NCBI GenBank assembly: GCA_053919585.1
Contig: CM132808.1
Origin: Euprymna scolopes
Lineage: Eukaryota
Length of the DNA: 64,000 bases
Strand: one strand, 5' to 3'
Shown: in pieces, positions 48,778 through 63,230 of the stretch
Numbering within the stretch: the first letter of the stretch is position 1
How the letters are laid out: every line of letters starts with the position of its first letter
Program-made: the position numbers and the translations under genes
Notes under the pieces: generated by a model
Database searches by the model: none
What the model saw: the letters and a program-made list of their open reading frames with translations, nothing else
Told to the model about the DNA's origin: nothing

Positions 48778-51768
48778 ATGACAGCTCAAGCAAAGTTACG
48801 TTTAAACCAGGACCAAACTCAAAGAAAACCAACCTGCCTCCTCCCTTGAGGCTTGCATTTACTAATATCCGCGGGCTTAGAACTAACTTAGATGATGTTG
48901 AGTCATTTCTCCTTGAAAACACCCCGGATATCTTAGCATTAAGTGAAACTATCCTCCATTACCTCTAACCACTTTAACATGCCTGGTTATCTCCCACTCT
49001 ACCGTAAGGACTCGGACAGACATATGCATGGACTTGGAGTCTATATTCGAAACACCCTCCCCCTAACTAGAGAAATAAAACTAGAATCAGAGGGCCAGGC
49101 CTTTATGTGCTTCAGACTAAATATGCAAGACAATATTAGCTACTTGTATTTTCTCTACCGCTCTCCCTCAAACCAAGACTGTACCCTAATAAACAAAGTC
49201 TCAGACAGCATAGATATAGCGCTCTCCCTCGATACTAGCGCACAAATACATGTATTTGGTGACTTCAATGTCCACCACAGTAACTGGCTAGGATTCTCTA
49301 ATCACACAGACGTAGCTGGTAGCGCAACACATAGCTTCTCTATATCCCATTCCCTATCTCAGTTGGTTACATTTCCGACACGTTTCCCAGACCAGCGCGA
49401 TCAACATGCCTCACTTCTAGATCTCTTTCTCACAACGGTTCCCAATGACTGTACAATAAAATGCCCACAGCCCACTCGGGAATGCTGATCATGCTGTGAT
49501 AATGGTAGAATTCAGCCTAAATTCTCGCCCTAAAACTGAAGACCCACTGCTCAAAACAACGAGGTATTACAAAAAGGCTGATTGGGAAGCCATCAGGGAG
49601 CTCATCAGAGATGCCCCATGGCAAAATATCTTTACTCTTCCAGCGGAACAGTGTGCAAATGAGACAACTGAATGGTTCAAAACTACTATTGAAGCACATG
49701 TTCCCGCACGGAAATTCTATAACAAGCCCCACTCTCCCCAATGGTTTACTTCTGCTTGTGCAGCTGCCATTTGTCAAAGGCAGCATGCGTTCCGCAGATT
49801 CAACCGACATAAGTCCAGCTCAAATAGACAGAAGTTTATAGAAGCTAGAAATAATTGTAAGAGAGTGATAGAGACAGCTAAGACAGATTACTCTGAAACC
49901 ACCAGAAAGCGCATCGAAGCACAGAAATTAGGAACCCGGGATTTTTGGAAAATCTACAACAGCGTAGTTAATAATGGACAGTGAACTATTCCCCCACTAA
50001 CAAACAATCATGAGGTTGCTTGCACGGCAACTGACAAGGCTAATCTGCTTGCCAGTCGGTTTGCCTCAAACTCCACACTGAACTCGGTACACCACTCACT
50101 CCCTGATTTTCCTCTGCGAACAGACGCCACACTAGACGATTTGAAAATCACCCCTTCTCAGGTACATGCTATTATAAAAAACCTAGACACCTCAAAAGCA
50201 TGTGGACCAGATCTCATCCCGGCTGTGCTATTAAAAAAATGTTCTGCCGAGGTTGCTCCAGTTCTGTCCAAACTTTACAATAAATGCCTTAACGAATCTT
50301 GTTTTCCCGACTGCTGGAAAACCGCCTCTGTGGTACCAGTCTTCAAGAATTCTGGTGAAAGAACTGACCCACTAAATTATCGCCCCATTAGCTTCCTCCC
50401 GCTTTTCGCCAAAATATTTGAGTCCTTAGTAAATCAAGCCCTAGTCCAGCACCTAACAGCTGCTAAACTCCTGACTGACAAACAATATGGATTCAGGCAA
50501 GCCCGTTCAACAGCAGATATCTTAACTGTAGTTTCTGAACGTATATACCGTTCATTGGATAAAACAGGGGAGGATAGAGCGGTGGCCCTTGATATATCTA
50601 AGGCTTTTGACAGGGTATGGCACGATGGTCTTCTAAGGAAAATTAGATCATATGGAATCACTGGAAGAATTCATAATGTAATTAAATCCTTCTTAAGTAG
50701 TAGAAAAATCAAAGTTGTCCTCGACGGACGTACATCCAAACAATATGACATAAATGCGGGAGTACCTCAGGGGTCTATCCTTGGACCTCTATCATGCCTG
50801 ATATTTATAAACGATCTCCCTGATAAAATTGTTTCGGAGATGGGTATATTTGCCGATGACACCACTCTCTATAACAGATATGAGGGGAAAACAAATGAAC
50901 ACATATCCAAGGAAATGGCAGAAACACTAGAGGATGACCTCCAATCCATAATGGAATGGGGACAAAAATGATTGGTCACATTCAATGCTGCTAAGACTAA
51001 GCTTGTTTCCTTCAATAACTACAAGAAACCTTCTCTACCACCAATAGCAATGGCCAAGAACACATTGCCTGAAAGTACTTCTTTTAAACTCCTCGGCCTA
51101 ACGTTTACAGGGAATATGAACTGGAATAGATACATTGAGAGCATTGCCAAGGCTGCTGCAAGGAAGGTTGGCTCCCTCTACCGTGCTAGAAAACTACTTA
51201 CGCCTGACAGTATCCTATACCTCTATAAGGCAACCATTCGCCCATGTATGGAGTACTGTTGTCACATCTGGGCTGGTGCATCTGCTGCTTGTCTCTCGCT
51301 CCTGGACAGGGTTCAAAAGAGAGTCGCCAACCTGATAGGTCCTGAACTGTCATCTAGACTTCAACCTCTGTCCCATCGACGAGATGTTGCATCCCTCTGT
51401 CTGTTCTACAAATACTTTAATGGTGAATGCTCTGACGAACTGCAAACACTTGTACCTCCCCGACGTAACTACCCCCGACAAACCTGACAAGCTACTAAGT
51501 GTCATCCCTTTACAGTAGAGATCCCTAGGTGCAAGAAAGCCTTTTACTCCAATAGTTTCTTCCCCAGAACTGCGGGTCTTTGGAACTCCCTTCCGGGATT
51601 CTGCTTTCCGAACTGCAATGATATGCAGAAGTTCAAGTGTAATGTTAACAAACATCTTTCTACTCTTCTCCCTTCATAATGACCCCGTTAATTAAGTCCC
51701 TAATAGTAGCCCCCTGCTTCAAAGTGGCACTGTGCCTTGTTTGTGGTGAAAATTGGATTAAAAAAAAT
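48778..51768 (+). mobile_element. Near full-length CR1-type LINE ORF2 (APE endonuclease + RT), inactivated by a few frameshifts and stops
   Basis: FTNIRGL, GDFNVHH, YRPISFL, QYGFR, ALDISKAFDRVWH, GVPQGSILGP, FADDTT, IRPCMEYCCHIW. Premature TGA at 49982-49984, 50969-50971 and 51485-51487. 3' UTR with AGTGGC..GCCTTG and an A tail. Confidence 0.96.
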
Positions 51769-52924
51769 AGTATGCATATATAAAATATATAAATCGGATA
51801 ACAAGATTGTAATCATGAAACTGGTTTGGATTTAAATAGTATATGATGTCTGTCACCCCCGAAAAAATGGTTAAAGATGCCATTCATCAAATCCTTAACA
51901 CCATTCATATTCTTTCCCTTTTTCAACAATATTCGCCACAAAAATACTACGTTCATACATGATTTGGCTTCTAAGTTTCAATCAAGAATGTCGAAAAAAC
52001 TTAGTTTTGTCTCCATTCTGCTGGGACTCTTTCGCGATCGTTCTCTCATCGTTCACATTTTATTTTGGCTCAAAGATAAGGTCTACCAAAATAGTCCCTA
52101 GACTATTCTTAAAATGATAAGGCTTATCTCAGCGAAAATAAGGCCAATTCATTGAAAGAAATAATTTAGCATGTGGCATCAAGGTCAACTTATTATTTAA
52201 CGGTTGTAAAACAAAGATTGTTAAAAATTTATGATTGAATTTTGATGGACAAGTCAGAGGTTAACTGAAATTTATGATAAGTAACGTTGCACAAAGAGGT
52301 GCAATTGTATTATCGATTTTATTAGTCAATTTCTAGAAGGAGTCAATCTATTATGTAGATATTTTCGTTTTCAATTTCGAGTTAAAGAAGTTGAATCAAA
52401 TGTAAATTAATTTTCTATGCAAAAACAATACTTTAATAAAGTTTATTTTGTGTTATTTCTGGCATGTAGAAAATATTTACAGCCAGCACCGGTAGAAAAC
52501 TAAACACAGCTCTATACAACACACTCTCTTGTGGTTATGTGGTAAATTACTTGGATGGATGGTTACTGATAAAAATCATATTGGTAGTAGCTAGTAGGGA
52601 AAATAACCCGTGAATTCTAAATAGAGAGTCGTTGCCCAAACCCCAAGGATCTCCACACGCGGTAATATTTTTAAAAAGCAACGATATGAAAATTTGAATT
52701 TTTTCCAGCGAAAAGATAATTCACATAATTTTATGGAATACAACCTCCCAGTCTCATCACTATTATTAATAGAAATATCTAATTTAGATTTAATCTTTCG
52801 CTGTCTGAAGACGAAGGTATATTATTACTTCTATTAATGTACGTTTGTATCACTATTAATTCTCAAATCAGTTTACTATATTATTTCCAAATAATTTCAG
52901 ACTACTCTCTTTCGATACTTCGTA

Positions 52925-53240
52925 TGTTAATAGCGTAGTATCTGTTCTATTATCATTAGATAATGGTTGCAAACATTGCAGTTATTGTAATATTTGTTCT
53001 GGTATCAGGAATGTATCATCTGATGCATTAACTCCTCTTTACAGATTATAGTGTAGTATATGTTCGATCGTCATGATACTACAATTCTAAACATTAATCT
53101 CTCTTTTAGAAGAGAGTAATCATATGTTCGTTCGGTATTACTTCATTTTGGGGGATGTTGTGTAATATCTGTTCTGTGGTCATTATACCATCGTCCAAGG
53201 GATTACTTTATTTTTTATGGTATATAGTAATATACTATCA
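52925..53240. repeat. Old degenerate ~60-bp tandem repeat
   Basis: Recurrent GTA(G/A)TAT(C/A/T)TGTTC core at roughly 55-65 bp spacing. Confidence 0.45.
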
Positions 53241-55254
53241 AAAATATGTAATGAACTGGGTATACGGCTGATGCGTTGCGTGGCAGACAGACGTTCAATC
53301 CATCAAACATGTAATAACTTCAAAACAGAAAAAAAAGGAAATGTTACTTTTATGAGAAGTGAGTATTCAGAAATATATACTCTTTTCTGATGTGATAAAA
53401 GTTGACAGTTTTATACGCAAAGCCTACTTTATATTTGGTTGCATCGTGACTGAAATGCGAGCACTTCTCTCGCGAAACAATCAACACCATCTGTTGCTCG
53501 TGTGGGAGTTGATTTATGTAAATATGAAAACAATTTTCTTCTTGACACATTCAAACAATTGCATATGATAACACGATTAAATTTGAACTCATTGCTATCT
53601 TTGCTTATATATATATAAAATGTGTCGAGTTTGCTAAAAGAAAAGTGCTCGCTGTGACAATTTTTATTGTCATACCCACAAAGCAGGAGGTAATCCCTGG
53701 AAGGATAGTATCATGCCAAATAATCGTCTTCTATACCCCCCCAAAAAACAATGGGATAATGCGTGTATGAATAGTATAATTACAACCAAACAGGTAATGC
53801 ACTACCCTCACACCAAAAGAGGCATACAGGGGAGGATGGTTTTATAAGATCAGAGCAAAGTACTTCAGTGCGGCCATGGGAATAAGTAATACTAAGTATG
53901 ATACTCTCATAAAAACAAATCAAATACTATCCTCCCAATCCTGAATTGAGTATTGAAACATAGCACATTAGTACATTATAGAAGCAATGATTTCCTCTGC
54001 TGACAAATACGAAATATTCATTACTGATATGTATGCATTTGCATTCATCATAAAATTAGATATTCAATATAATTATTTTAACAACATTTGATTTTTTTTT
54101 AATTTTATTGTTTTAATGGACAAATACAGTCCATACTTTTCATGTCGATCTGACTTGCTATATTCAGTAAGTTATTGTGATCGAATGGATCACGGACAGA
54201 CATCCTAGGCGTGGCAATTTCGAATTCAGTCGTTTTTATAGTGCCGCTTTCGCTTATAGATGTTGGAAATAATTACGGTGTTCCTTTCGAAAGAATGCTA
54301 ACAACAGAATCATAAATATGACACTGATTAAGTGATTAAAGATGTAGACTGACAACGTTGATAAGCCAAGTTCGAACCCAGTTTTACAGAAACATTTTCA
54401 CTTGGTGATGTTTGCAACTTTCACGTGATCCTTCTCGTTAGTATTCGAAGTATTTCCAGAAAAAATCTAACTAGAAAATCACCGGGAGACGAATGTCAAG
54501 AATAATCATCTGATCCATTCAAGATAANNNNNNNNNNNNNNNNNNNNNNNNNNNNNNNNNNNNNNNNNNNNNNNNNNNNNNNNNNNNNNNNNNNNNNNNN
54601 NNNNNNNNNNNNNNNNNNNNNNNNNNNNNNNNNNNNNNNNNNNNNNNNNNNNNNNATGCTGTTCATTTATACGCATTTACTTTAATCGTATCAACAATTC
54701 GGTTTCTCAGATATTTTATTTTTAATTTGACTTTAATTATTTTAATTATTATTTTACACTTTTGAAGGTTTAATAAGTTCATTCTCCTCCCTTTTTTATC
54801 ATTCATTTATAATATTTTTGAATAAGTCCAATGACAATAGTTATGCACATTCTATGTTAGCTGCTTTGGGCTGTTTGTGTTGCATGTCCCGTCCATCCGG
54901 TTGTTAGACACACCTAATAGTTGAAGTTGATTGATCTAAATGTGGTATAAGTTGAAGTGGTATAATCCCAGAAGTTAAAAATTTAAACAACTCAAATGTT
55001 TTGCTTGTTCATTTGTTTAAATTTCGATGATTATTGGCGTAATGTGATTTCTTTATTCGGACTGCGGCTGTGTGATAGTGTTAGTATCTAGGTATTTGAG
55101 TGAGCGTCTATATATTTGCTTGTATATGTGTTGATATGTGAGTATGGCTTTTTTTTTAGATTTCATGGATGCTTATGTGTTTAGTCCCATAGGTTTAGAA
55201 ATTATTTCGAATTTAATTATTTTTCTCTTTTAACAAATGATTTCACATTTACAT

Positions 55255-55557
55255 CAGCAGCAGCCCCGCTGTTTTAACAATGGCGGCTACCACGGCTCTC
55301 CAAATTGAAGAGCCATGGTAATCACGGGAAAACAATTAAACACGGTAGTTTCCCATTGCTTTCCGACTTGATTTGGCAGTGCATCTCCCCCAATAAGTTT
55401 AACGCCTAGATACCAACTTGGAAATTTCTACCACTCGGCGCGATACATACAGCGTCTAGCCTTCCCAACTGGTAACTCATCTCGTACTGGCCAGACTCAT
55501 CGTTGCTTAACTTCGGTGATTTGGCGAGAACTAGTGTGTCAACGTAATTGTGCCGTA
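55255..55557 (-). mobile_element. Second 5S-derived SINE with a different (RTE-like) body
   Basis: 5S-like head at 55448-55557 (ATCACCGAAGTTAAGCAACG). The body contains GGAAAGCAATGGGAAACTAC, resembling the RTE-associated GGCAATGGCAAACCAC motif. Confidence 0.7.
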
Positions 55558-56919
55558 TAATTTACAGACAGTAGTAATAAACATCTCATGTCAGCTGATT
55601 TTTCATGTGGTTGATCTCCATTCGATTTTATTTATCTCTTTCACTACAAAAAGATATGATACAAGATAGGAGGACGGAGATTAAAAAGCCAGCATACGAG
55701 AGTTGAGTGCACTCTGACCGTCACAACACATATTCGAACAACCGCGTCATTAACAATGAAATAACATCTTTCCAACGTAAAAAAGAAGAAGAAAAAAAAC
55801 AATCCTGAAGGATTGGCCTCCTACAATTGCATGTAACTCAACCTGATAAATACGAGCTCTTCACTTGCTCAAAAATGACCTAGACACTGTCGAATTGATT
55901 GGCAATGACATATCTCCCCACTTGATATGAATAGAACCTTTCAGGAACATTTTTAAAAAGATCTTTATTTTAATTGAATGATGTCTAGCTTCCATGTTTA
56001 TGAGGAGTAAGAAAGAGAATGAGCTAGAGAGAGAAATAAAAGTACAGGAACAATAAAAAGAAACTATCTAGAAAGTTCGAATGTTTTGTTTGTTCAATTT
56101 TTCTGAGATGTCAATGACAATAGCGAAATATTACTAAATTCGCCTTCGTCTGTGTGTTATGTGTATGCATAAATGTGGCGGNNNNNNNNNNNNNNNNNNN
56201 NNNNNNNNNNNNNNNNNNNNNNNNNNNNNNNNNNNNNNNNNNNNNNNNNNNNNNNNNNNNNNNNNNNNNNNNNNNNNNNNNNNNNNNNNNNNNNNNNNNN
56301 NNNNNNNNNNNNNNNAATATGTTTTGCTGTAAGTATCTGTTTGTACGTGTGATTCTGTTTGCCTATTCCGGGTACACTGTCGTGATTCTGGCTGCTGATT
56401 GTTTGAAGTCGAGCATTTGAATCAAAGTGTCATCTATTTGTTATCCAAAAACTCAAAATGTCCTCATCTCAGGTGGCAAGTATTCTTTTTTTCAGGTGAA
56501 CATGTAGATTGTCTGTTAATTAAATGCAGATACTGATGAGATTACAACAGACTAACCGATAAACAATTTCATTTTGATTGAAGAATATTTTAAAGAAATT
56601 GACATGTTTTGTTGATTGAGCATCTATTTTAACGAGTTCATTTGGTCCAAATTTGGCATGTTTATGTCATCCAAATCAGTTATAAATATACCTGGCTTGC
56701 TTATAAAATATATAATATTTTTCTTATTAAAGACTATCGAATCCATGCGCCACACTTACGCACTTACACCCACATATATTAGTTTCATTTGGTAAAAAAA
56801 GTAGAATAAAGTGATCAATTTTCTAATAATAGGAGTGTAATGTTATTCATAATATCATAGAAATTTTAATCAACATTGCATCTTACGTTTGGAGAATATA
56901 AAGTGGATACACACAAAAT

Positions 56920-57490
56920 ATATATAACAAAGCTGAACGTCTATGTGCGTGTGTCTGTACGTGAATAGGATCCTATACTTATACTTAACTAATCACATAC
57001 AATCATAGAAGAGATATCAAGGAGAAAAAATGGGTATACTACATTTGAACAGAGGTTGTTTATAAAATTGAGGGGTGAGTGTACGCGCCTGGTCGCTAAA
57101 GAATGGGAATAAAAACAAAAACAAAAGCTTTTTCAAGGGTTTTTGATATAGAAGCGCATAAGAATACTTTGATAGGTGTTTCAACTTGAACAGAGATTGC
57201 ATAATAAAATTGTGAGGTCTGCGATCTCGAATAGCCTAGATGGAAGGGAAATATGCCAGAAATTTAAACAAAATCTTTTGATATCTATCCACGTAAGTAT
57301 ACCGTGATTATTGTTTCAGTTTGAAGAGATATAGTATAATAAACTGATGAGGATCTGCATTCGAGCCTGGCCTTCATAGAATGGAAATATTTCACAAAGT
57401 TAAGGGTTTAAAATATAAATCCACACAAGAATATTGTGATAAGAGTGTTTCAGTTTGAGATTATGGGGTCTATCTGGCGTTCATAGAATG
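56920..57490 (+). mobile_element. Helitron-like repeat (copy 2 of 3, more diverged)
   Basis: Same AAAGCTGAACGTCT start and ~130-bp subrepeats as 28645-29365. Confidence 0.65.
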
Positions 57491-57509
57491 TTTTTTTTAT
57501 AGTTTTTTT

Positions 57510-57835
57510 ACTAAAATATAGTTTAAAAAAAGTAAGTTGTCTGTGAATAATGTCAAAACCAATTTAGGTGTCCGAAATAGGATTTTGCCAATATTTAAAT
57601 AATTTATAATAAAAATGGAAGGGTTAAACTATTTGATATTATTTTCTATCTGTGTGTTCTTATTGCCTTTAAATAATTGATTTTATTAAATATCGAAGTT
57701 ATTTAAAGGCGTTTAGTTTAACTCTTCCATTTTTTATCATAAATTATTGAATGTTCGTCAAATCTTATTTCCGTCATCTAAATTGGTTTCAACAATGCTT
57801 CCAAACAAAATTATTTACTTAAACTATATTTTAGG
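57510..57835. mobile_element. MITE/fold-back element
   Basis: CTAAAATATAGTTTAA / TTAAACTATATTTTAG termini with internal inverted similarity throughout. Confidence 0.7.
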
Positions 57836-58519
57836 AACAAAAACTTCTATTTTAGATGGGTATTAATTTATTAATTAGGAAGATAAAGTCAAACAGTGTC
57901 GATTTTATGAAGTATAAATGAAGATTATGAGAAACAAGAATTATCTCAGTCATAAGGATTTGTTCTACTCTAACTGACGAGGAAAGAGTATGTATTTAAT
58001 TTTTATTATTCATTTGATAATAAAATTATTTTCCCAATATAGATACTACAGTGTGAATTATTTATTAACTAATAAAACACATTTTATTTACAACTATTTT
58101 TTAATGATTTCTTAAAAATTTCAAACGCAAAGAAATGGATTTTTAAAAACTTTTTGCATATATTTTTATGGTTTGATTGACTTAAATTTATTTTTTAACT
58201 AAAAATAATTTAAAAATAGAAAAAAATAGTTATCGTCTGTTATACCTCACTTGACCCAAAATCTGTTTGGAAATACCATAAAAACATGTTTGATGTATGG
58301 ACCTTTATACGTACCATTTTACAATCAGAGACAATTAAATCAATCATCTGCAAAGAAATCAAACTCTCTTCCATCAGTTTGCAGTTGATAGGTTTGCAAA
58401 AGTTGAAGCAGAACTACTTTTATATATTAAAACAAGCAAAGAGTAAGTTCTTACATACATCTCAAAGATCATATAAATAACTATATATCTGATATGTGTA
58501 TTACTTTCTAGCTTCACAG

Positions 58520-59690
58520 ATAGTTTACGAAATATGCATAAAAGACCCAAGATGCAAAGACTTAGAAATTCACTTCAAATCCAAAGTGGGAGATAATTCA
58601 AGATAAACTTCTCCTGGACAAACATACATTAATAGAGACAATCTATTACCAGAGTGTTTCGTCTGAAGATAATCAAAGTGATGAATCTGATAAACAAATA
58701 AGAAATCTTTGAGAAACTACGATGCTACATGAACACATTTGAGTCGCAAAAAAGAAACTTGCCTCATGCGCATACATTATTGTGGTTTACCAGAAAAATC
58801 AACTCCAATCAAATTGATTACATTACATCAACTGAGTTACCTGGTATACAAACTGATCTAACTTTATTTGAAATTGTGGTAATGTCTATGGAAAATCACC
58901 TTGCTTGGTTGATAGCTAATGTACAAAAAAGACATCCTAAAAACTTTCCACTTGAAACTTAGTTTAATGAGGATGGTTATCCGTCTCATAGAAAATCGCC
59001 TGAGGATGGTGGCTTTCAAAACTATGGTTGGCAGGCATGACGTTGACAATAGGTGGATTGTACCTTGCTCTCCCTTACATTAAAAGACATGCAATGCTCA
59101 CATAAATGTTGAATTTTGCAATTTTATGAAATCTATCAAATATGTTTGCATATACATAAATAAGGGATCTGATGCAGCCATGTTTTCCTTACAAAAATAT
59201 GTTAGTGATGAAGTTCCTCCATATGAACTTGATAGATATATCGACACTAATGAAGCATTTTGGTAAATTTTGGGGTTTCTTATTCATTAAAGTCATCCTC
59301 CAATCAAACATCTTGAAGTTCATCTTGAACAGTGTCAGAGGGTTTATTTCACAAACAAAAAACATTGGCCTAATTGCCCTAAACCACAACGATAGAACTC
59401 TTTCTGCTTTTGTTAAATCGTGTGAACAAGATAATTTTTGCAAACACCTCTTACCAATAATCAGGTTCCATCTTATTACACATGAAACAACAACACATGC
59501 AGAGGAGAACACAAGGAGTTAATGTTGTGGGTCATCCCGGTGTAAAATTTGACACTAGAATTCGAAAGAGTATTGTCTGTGCACCCAATTCATCGTGAAT
59601 GTTTATTTTTTGAAACTCCTTCGTCATAAAATAAGAGGACCGACCTCATTTTCATTTGTAAGAACTATTGATGGACAGACTGTTGGCAAA
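58520..59690 (+). mobile_element. Helitron Rep domain remnant
   Basis: FTSNPKW, E.QKRNLPHAHTLLW, VDNRWIVP, AHINVEFC...KSIKYVC.YINKGSD and RGPTSF..VRTIDG motifs, fragmented. Confidence 0.9.
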
Positions 59691-59904
59691 TATTACATCA
59701 TTTTACATTCTCTTTGTAATTGAGAAATTGACATGGGTCAATGGGTGCGGGTAATATTTCCCCCTTTTTCAGCTTTTCTAAAAACATATATTTTTTTGGT
59801 CACGCTTAGTTGAAAAAAATTTATAATATATATATATATATTTACAAAATTTTGCTTTTCTTTTCATCATTTTTTTGCTTTGGTTTCAATACCTTATGTG
59901 TGTT

Positions 59905-59942
<38 letters not shown>

Positions 59943-60329
59943 ATTGTATTGCTAATAATGTTAGAACCATCTTATATACATGTAATTATTTGATACAATA
60001 TTTAGTATTATTATAATTATAATAATAATAATAATTATTATTATTATTAATCTATTATTATTATTAATCAATTGTTATTATTATTATATCTCCCGATTAT
60101 AAATACAATACGTGTACCTGTTAGTGGTAGCGCATTCAAACAAACACTGCTGCTCATGCTCCATAAATAAGGCAAAAGAAATGTGTTTCAATAAGATTTA
60201 AACATAAACATAAAAAAATTACATATAAACACCCTCGAAAACTGATGATGATATAACTATTAATTACTAAGTCTTGAAAAAAATATCCCGCATTTTTTCA
60301 CGAAACAAAACATGCACGCATAAAAATCA

Positions 60330-60680
60330 AAAGTATTTCCCACAATTAAGTATTTACGTAATGCATAAAGGCAGGGTCCAATGCATAATTCAACAAAACA
60401 CTATATAGGTCAACAAAAGATACAATTGGCACAACACTTTAACTCACACTAAAAAGACAATCCAGGTCTAGAAAGATGCATATGAGAGATACAAGAAAAC
60501 AAACATTAAATTCCAAATCAGTTTAGAGCTTATCTGGTCATCAATAGCCGATAGAAGCACTCGCAATACATGCAACTTCCGTCTATATGAAAAATTGACA
60601 GCCAACACAAAACAATACACTAAACAGATAACAACTAATTTCCAAATTACGACATGAGCACAAATATCTACTCTTTTAGT
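60330..60680 (+). mobile_element. Penelope-like GIY-YIG C-terminal remnant
   Basis: KHYIG, TCN..LYEKL and LISKLRHEHKYLL motifs. Confidence 0.6.
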
Positions 60681-61564
60681 TCGACTAAAAAGACTAAATA
60701 CGAAAACACCGAAATGAAAAATTAAGAGTTAAACACAAAGAATAGTCTGAAAAAAAAGAACAATAACATAATTACACAAAATAACAAGAATACTCCTCCT
60801 AAAATCTTATCCTTAAAATATACGAAGCAATCCCATTAGCAAAAGTAGAGTAATACTTTCAAATGAATACCACCTAGATATATTTTTACCATAGTCTTAG
60901 AACTTTAATAAATACGTGAGATATGCATATTACTTAAAAATGAAAATTCTGCTTCAAAATTACATGTTTCTGTTTTTAACCTATCGTTATAAATGACGAC
61001 GAAAGTGACGTAAAAAGGACAGCAATGTAGGATAACTATCAGATGAGAATATGGAGACGCTGACTCCAGGCGTGTTTCGGAGATCTTTTTCCATTCTAGA
61101 CAATTGCACGCCACCAGTCTCCTTCCTCACCGTTCATGAACCCTAGGAGTAGGAACAAGTATACAGTCACAAACACAGGAGAATGTCTTCACTTGTATTT
61201 GTTAAGAAACAATTGAAGCACAAACGCAGAGGTATAGAAATATAATTACATTTAAAACAACTAAAAACTCGAGTGATACCTCTTACACCACCACTATAAC
61301 ACCACCATCATCACTCAGTAACACAAACTCGTAAACGTAGAAATCCAGTGATATATACACATTTAGAATTTCAAGCAACATCGTCAACATTCGAACATTG
61401 CCTCCAACTTGAAAAGAGGTAAAGATTTTAAAATACATTAACACACAAATCAGTATAATATAATAACGAAATTCCATACAAGATATGTATATGAACATAG
61501 ACAATTACGTGCAAACGTAAAAGTCTTCAATATCCCACAACCGAAACAATTAAACTTAAGAGTA

Positions 61565-61618
<54 letters not shown>

Positions 61619-61837
61619 CTACTTCATTTACTCACATAAAATTAATATACGAAAGTATAAATTTATGCGTAAACTTTAAGTATTTACTTCAAAAGTGCTC
61701 AATACGTAGGTAGAGCTAGTTAGTAAGTTATAAAATATATATGGCGATTAAGCTACACTGAATATTCCGCGTTTCATCCACTCTAGGACTCTTCACGCTT
61801 ATAAGTGTAGCAAAATCGTCATATATATTTTATAACT

Positions 61838-61864
<27 letters not shown>

Positions 61865-61873
<9 letters not shown>

Positions 61874-62595
61874 CTGGACGTCTATGTGTGTGTGTCTGGT
61901 CACGAACAGGCTCCTATATGGTTGACTATTATAGAAAACTGATCACATATAATGATAGATGTGTCGAGACACAGAAATGGGTAGGTTTTATCTGGTAGAA
62001 CGGTTGTTCATTAAAATTGTGGGGTCTGTGTTCGCGCCTGGTCCACAAAGTATGGAAATAAAAAAATTAAAAATGAAAAAAAAACGTTTACAAAGGTTTT
62101 TGATATAGATGTACATAATAATACTTTGATAAGTATATTTTAACTTAAATAGGGATGGTATAATAAAATTGTGGGGGTCTGCGTTCGGGCCTGGCCTCCA
62201 TAGAATGGAAATAGGCACAAACTTTAATAAAGACTGTTCATAGCTATCTTCGTAAGTATACTTTGATAATTATATTTCAGTTTGAAGAAATATGGTATAA
62301 CAAAATTATAGGGTGTTTGTTCACGCCTTACCTACATAGAATGAAAATATGTTACAAAGTTTAACAAGGTTTTTTTTTAATATAGATCCACAGAATATTG
62401 TGATAAGTGTTTCAGTGTGGACAGGTATGGTATAATAAATTATGGGGGTTATCTATTTTATTTTTACTTTCATCATATTTGGCTTTGGTTTTGATACCAC
62501 CAAATTCGAAGCTATCTCTTTACAACCCTTCCTTTCCATAACCTGTCATACATTCATAAATCAGAGTCCATTTTCTGTAGGCTGTTTCTGAACTC
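61865..62595 (+). mobile_element. Helitron-like repeat (copy 3 of 3), ends at an assembly gap
   Basis: Collinear and highly similar to 28645-29365. Confidence 0.7.
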
Positions 62596-62809
62596 NNNNN
62601 NNNNNNNNNNNNNNNNNNNNNNNNNNNNNNNNNNNNNNNNNNNNNNNNNNNNNNNNNNNNNNNNNNNNNNNNNNNNNNNNNNNNNNNNNNNNNNNNNNNN
62701 NNNNNNNNNNNNNNNNNNNNNNNNNNNNNNNNNNNNNNNNNNNNNNNNNNNNNNNNNNNNNNNNNNNNNNNNNNNNNNNNNNNNNNNNNNNNNNNNNNNN
62801 NNNGATAAT

Positions 62810-63230
62810 CAAGCAACACAGGGGCTTATGCATTTTATCCCCGTTGGGAATTATTAGACATAAATGCATCACGGGTGTTTTTATAATGTTTAGTGGTTAG
62901 TATATGTAACCAACCAAACATATTCTTTGCTATTTCCTCTCACGTTACCATGTTTCCATTAGTTAAAGACAGCACTTTTGTAGATCAATTGCCACACGTA
63001 TGTTTTCATAATTTACTACCGAACTCTATACACGAACTGGCCACTGTTGAAGTCAATACAAAAATTGATACATAAAATATTATAATTCTATGTAACATTT
63101 TTTGTAGATACACCGACTAATTGTTATGTGCACACAGTTTTAGTTAAACAAAAAAAAACGCAGGTTATATCCTCTTATTTATTTGAGCATTAGTAATTGT
63201 CTCTTGCATATATAGTTACAAAATTACTAT
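62810..63230 (-). mobile_element. Possible piggyBac transposase C-terminal remnant
   Basis: Weak GV..., QWPV and PLC motifs in the expected order; highly decayed. Confidence 0.3.

Noticed and set aside
56532-60285. Further CTGANGA hits (near 56532, 57344, 57973, 60242; also 52805)
   Set aside because: No properly placed helix II plus GAAA box plus cleavage site; the heptamer alone is expected by chance.
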